A stretch of DNA of 64,000 nucleotides from Candidatus Saccharimonadales bacterium. GTDB lineage: Bacteria > Patescibacteriota > Saccharimonadia > Saccharimonadales > DATKHC01. Shown here in pieces: positions 61,139-64,000 of the stretch. Numbering within the stretch: position 1 is the stretch's first letter; the number at the start of each line of letters is the position of its first letter. The notes beneath the pieces are model-generated. The model was not told the DNA's origin and searched no databases. It saw nothing but the letters and a program-made list of their open reading frames with translations. Both the position numbers and the translations under genes were made by a program. The DNA lies in NCBI GenBank assembly GCA_035510465.1, contig DATKHC010000021.1, positions 66,876 through 130,875 on the forward strand. The letters are read 5' to 3'.

Positions 61139-64000
61139 TCAAGGTGGGGCATCAAGCGAATTCAAAGAACCATTGCTAAAAGTTGCCCCTCCGCGGAGGC
61201 GATACCCTGCGGCTGGATGATAATAAACCGTAAAGTCGGAAATAGAAGTATGATTACTGGCTTGATCGGGGAAAGAAGCGGTTTGTGAATCATCTAATAA
61301 GTAGGTAATCCACATATAGCGAGCAGCATTAGTAGTATTGCTACACGAATCTGTCGTTAATACCAAAGGGTTAGGTACTCCTATAAACGTAGTCGCCCCA
61401 GTTGGAAGAGTTGTTGATGTATTAAAAGTCGTACAGGCATTATCAGCAAATTCATATTGAATCCTGATTCCGCCCGGACCACTTAGTCCACCAAGTCCAG
61501 GATTAGTGTAATTAGTGGTGCAAACTCCTGAGCTACAATCACCACCATCCGTAAGCATCTCAATAGGCGTAGGATCATCTCCACTCGTTCCAGTAAAATC
61601 AATCAGGCGAGAGTAATCTCCTACCCGGGGTATTGATTGTAACCCCGAATACTGGACGCCACTACAGATATCCCCACTGTTATTACAGTCATTGCCGCTA
61701 GAGCCGCTTTCTCCACCCATTATATAGAGGTAGCCATTATAGGCGACAGCAGAAAGGGCATAGCGAGCTTGAGCAAAGAACGATGTATAATTCCAGGTAC
61801 CAATGGTGCCGTTAGAATTAATTTGAGCATACTGGACGCCGTTGCAGAAATCCCCACTGCTACAGTCATTGCCGCTAGAGTCGCTTAATCCACCCATTAT
61901 ATAGAGGTAGCCATTATAGGCGACAGCTGCAAAGTCAGAGCGGGGTTGAGCAAAGAACGATGTGTAATTCCAGGTACCAATGGTGCCGTTAGAATTAATT
62001 TGAGCGTACTGGACGCCGTTGCAATAGCCATTGACATCACAGTCATTGCCGCTAGAGTCGCTTGATCCACCCATTATATAGAGGTAGCCATTATAGGCGA
62101 CAGCAGCAAAGTTAACGCGAGGTTGAGTGAAACCACTAACGTAACTAGTGCCGTTGTTGGTAGAGCCTTCAGTGTAATTCCAGGTACCAATGGTGCCGTT
62201 AGAATTAATTTGAGCGTACTGGGCGCCGTTGCAATAGCCATTGACATCACAGTCATTGCCGCTAGAGCCTAGCCCACCCATTATATAGAGGTAACCATTG
62301 TAGGCGACAGCAGAAAAGTAAAGGCGAGGTTGAGTGAAACCACTAACGTAACCAGTGCCGTTGTTGGTAGAGCCTTCAGTATAATTCCAGGTACCAATGG
62401 TGCCGTTAGAATTAATTTGAGCGTACTGGACGCCACTACAGATATCCCCACTGTTATTACAGTCATTGCCGCTAGAGCCGCTTTCTCCACCCATTATATA
62501 GAGGTAGCCATTGTAGGCGACAGCACCAAAGCCAAAGCGAGCTTGAGTGAAACCACTATCGCAAGTCCCGCCATATGGATAACACCCACTACTGTTAAAG
62601 GTATACTTAGGGGTATTTATAATCCCTGGACCACCGTTGTTGATAACATCATACTGGACATCATTCTGAAGAGTGCCGTTATATCCTCCCATTATATAGA
62701 GGTAGCCATTGTAGGTCACGGCATCGAAGCCTTGACGAGCGGTAGTGAAAGATGTAGAGGTACACCAAACAGTATTACTAGTGGCCAGAGTACCTCCATT
62801 ACCAGAAATACAGGAAGATGGTACACTCACGCCACCACCGCTATTTATAGCAGCAAACTGGATATCATTTTGGTAGGATCCGCCGTTATATCCTCCCATT
62901 ATATAGAGGTAGCCATTGTAGGCGACAGCAGAAAGAAATTCACGACCGGTACTAAAAGCACCAGTAGTTGTGGACGTTTTGTCGGGCCAAGTTCCCGCCC
63001 CAAGCGATCCATTAGAATTGATTGAGTCCCATTCAACGTCGTTATCATAGTCGGTTCCGTCATATCCTCCCGTAACGTACATATAACCATTGTAGGCGAC
63101 AGCTGCAAAACCTTGCCTAGCCGTCTGGAAAGAAGTTGTTATACACCAAATACTATTGCCGGTTGCTAATGAGCCACCTCCACCATTACAGTAGCCAGGC
63201 TTAGAGAGAGCACCAGTGCTGCTAATAGCAGCGAACTGTACATCATTGCAGTAGCCTCCGGTTGCCGTGCAGTAAGAACCACTGCTATTGGCAGCTATAC
63301 CTCCCATGATATAGAGGTAACCATCATAGATGACGGCACTAAGGGATTCACGACCAGTTGTAAAAGCTCCTCCTGCGAGAGTGGTATCATCAGTCCAGGC
63401 CCCAACAGCACCGCTAGATGCAGTTAGCTTGGCATATTCAACGTCGTTATCATAGTTGGTTCCGTCATATCCTCCCATAACGTACATATAACCGTTATAA
63501 CCGACGGCGGCAAGCCCTTGCCTAGCCGTCGTGAAAGAAGTTGTTGTACACCAAATACTGTTTCCATAAGCAAAGGTACTACAGCCACTTGGGGCAGACA
63601 AGCTACCGTTACTATTAAGAGCCGCGTATTGGACGTCACTGTCGTAACCACTAGTCCAGCTTATACTTACGAAGCCATCGCCTGAGTCAGTTGGGTAGTT
63701 AATACCTGAATTATATGTCATTCCAGAAATCGGGAAAGAAGAACCACCACCACCACCACCCGTATAGGCGGCGCCACCATTGGCGCCACCACCACCAGAG
63801 TAGTAACCGCCGCCGCCGCCGCCGCCGGCGATGTTGCTAGAGGTGCCTCCACCCTTACCGCCAGCAACGTTAGCTGGTCCGCCACCAGCAGCTCCAGCAG
63901 AGACTTCTGAAGCACATGTAGATGATGACGTAGCAATACCTCCTGCGCTGGCAGATGCACCGTAACCACCGCAACCAGTTACGGAGCCATTTGCTCCAGT
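61139..64000 (-). CDS. Giant secreted Kelch-repeat protein with Gly-rich N-terminal region; 5' end beyond window end
   Basis: The tracked ORF (61139..63721) contains about 13 Kelch-like blades, recognisable by the motif AVAYNGY(L/M)Y(I/V)MGG. My reverse translation of 63722-64000 in the same frame is open: TGANGSVTGCGGYGASASAGG...GGGGGGGYYSGGGGANGGAAYTGGGGGGSSFPISG then MTYNSG. The gene therefore continues past 64000. Confidence 0.8.
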   Translation of the reverse strand, partial: TGANGSVTGCGGYGASASAGGIATSSSTCASEVSAGAAGGGPANVAGGKGGGTSSNIAGGGGGGGYYSGGGGANGGAAYTGGGGGGSSFPISGMTYNSGINYPTDSGDGFVSISWTSGYDSDVQYAALNSNGSLSAPSGCSTFAYGNSIWCTTTSFTTARQGLAAVGYNGYMYVMGGYDGTNYDNDVEYAKLTASSGAVGAWTDDTTLAGGAFTTGRESLSAVIYDGYLYIMGGIAANSSGSYCTATGGYCNDVQFAAISSTGALSKPGYCNGGGGSLATGNSIWCITTSFQTARQGFAAVAYNGYMYVTGGYDGTDYDNDVEWDSINSNGSLGAGTWPDKTSTTTGAFSTGREFLSAVAYNGYLYIMGGYNGGSYQNDIQFAAINSGGGVSVPSSCISGNGGTLATSNTVWCTSTSFTTARQGFDAVTYNGYLYIMGGYNGTLQNDVQYDVINNGGPGIINTPKYTFNSSGCYPYGGTCDSGFTQARFGFGAVAYNGYLYIMGGESGSSGNDCNNSGDICSGVQYAQINSNGTIGTWNYTEGSTNNGTGYVSGFTQPRLYFSAVAYNGYLYIMGGLGSSGNDCDVNGYCNGAQYAQINSNGTIGTWNYTEGSTNNGTSYVSGFTQPRVNFAAVAYNGYLYIMGGSSDSSGNDCDVNGYCNGVQYAQINSNGTIGTWNYTSFFAQPRSDFAAVAYNGYLYIMGGLSDSSGNDCSSGDFCNGVQYAQINSNGTIGTWNYTSFFAQARYALSAVAYNGYLYIMGGESGSSGNDCNNSGDICSGVQYSGLQSIPRVGDYSRLIDFTGTSGDDPTPIEMLTDGGDCSSGVCTTNYTNPGLGGLSGPGGIRIQYEFADNACTTFNTSTTLPTGATTFIGVPNPLVLTTDSCSNTTNAARYMWITYLLDDSQTASFPDQASNHTSISDFTVYYHPAAGYRLRGGATFSNGSLNSLDAPP
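61680..62930 (-). repeat. Near-identical tandem DNA repeats (units ~177-213 bp) inside the Kelch gene
   Basis: The block CCACCCATTATATAGAGGTAGCCATT(A/G)TAGGCGACAGC recurs near 61713, 61890, 62067, 62274, 62487, 62697 and 62893. AATTCCAGGTACCAATGGTGCCGTTAGAATTAATTTGAGC recurs at least 4 times. Confidence 0.85.

Noticed and set aside
63718-63969. Tracked minus-strand ORF MVTVHLPAQEV...
   Set aside because: It is in the wrong frame. The frame continuous with the Kelch protein is open through 64000 and encodes a coherent Gly-rich sequence, so this ORF is a frame-shifted shadow.

Overview
This 64-kb chromosomal window comes from a low-GC, small-genome bacterium. Gene content (short-form AlaRS, LysM-CHAP hydrolase, a WxL/DUF916-like surface locus, many tiny orphan genes, leaderless-type promoters) suggests a Patescibacteria/CPR, Saccharibacteria-like organism. 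That assignment is inference only. Two core blocks lie almost entirely on the minus strand. The first (1-14.1 kb) holds partial uvrC, rplY/ctc, DedA, a glycosylation cluster with an SqdB-like enzyme, uvrA, sbcB and obg. The second (35.5-64 kb) holds LysM-CHAP, mltG, ruvX, an ftsA-like gene, alaS, mnmA, a secreted surface-protein locus, atpFHAGDC, cysteine desulfurase, tatD, metG, and a giant Kelch-repeat protein that runs off the window. The main result is the accessory region between them (about 14.2/15.9-35.5 kb). About 20 copies of a conserved ~39-nt repeat (consensus GCTTATGCTTTGGCTGGGAATYGAGGTTGAGTTCCGTAC), all in the same orientation, cut it into ~20 short cassettes of 0.4-1.5 kb, plus one of ~3.9 kb. 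Cassette ORFs lie on either strand, and most have their own promoter. Payloads are three toxin-antitoxin pairs (MazEF-like, BrnTA, AbrB-Doc), a VOC/glyoxalase, a methyltransferase, a VanX-like peptidase, an LMW phosphatase, a GT2, an EamA transporter, a flavin redox module and about 10 small orphan proteins. The layout resembles an integron cassette array, but no IntI is present and the repeat is not a canonical attC. Two diverged IS110-family elements sit inside two of the repeats, at CT dinucleotides 6 bp apart. Each carries, in its 5' non-coding end, a stem-enclosed variable loop whose two halves match its own insertion site, as expected for bridge-RNA-like guides retargeted by 6 bp. I found no rRNA, complete tRNA or CRISPR array. 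Coordinates of non-ORF features were hand-counted (+/- 2 nt). No database search or folding program was available.
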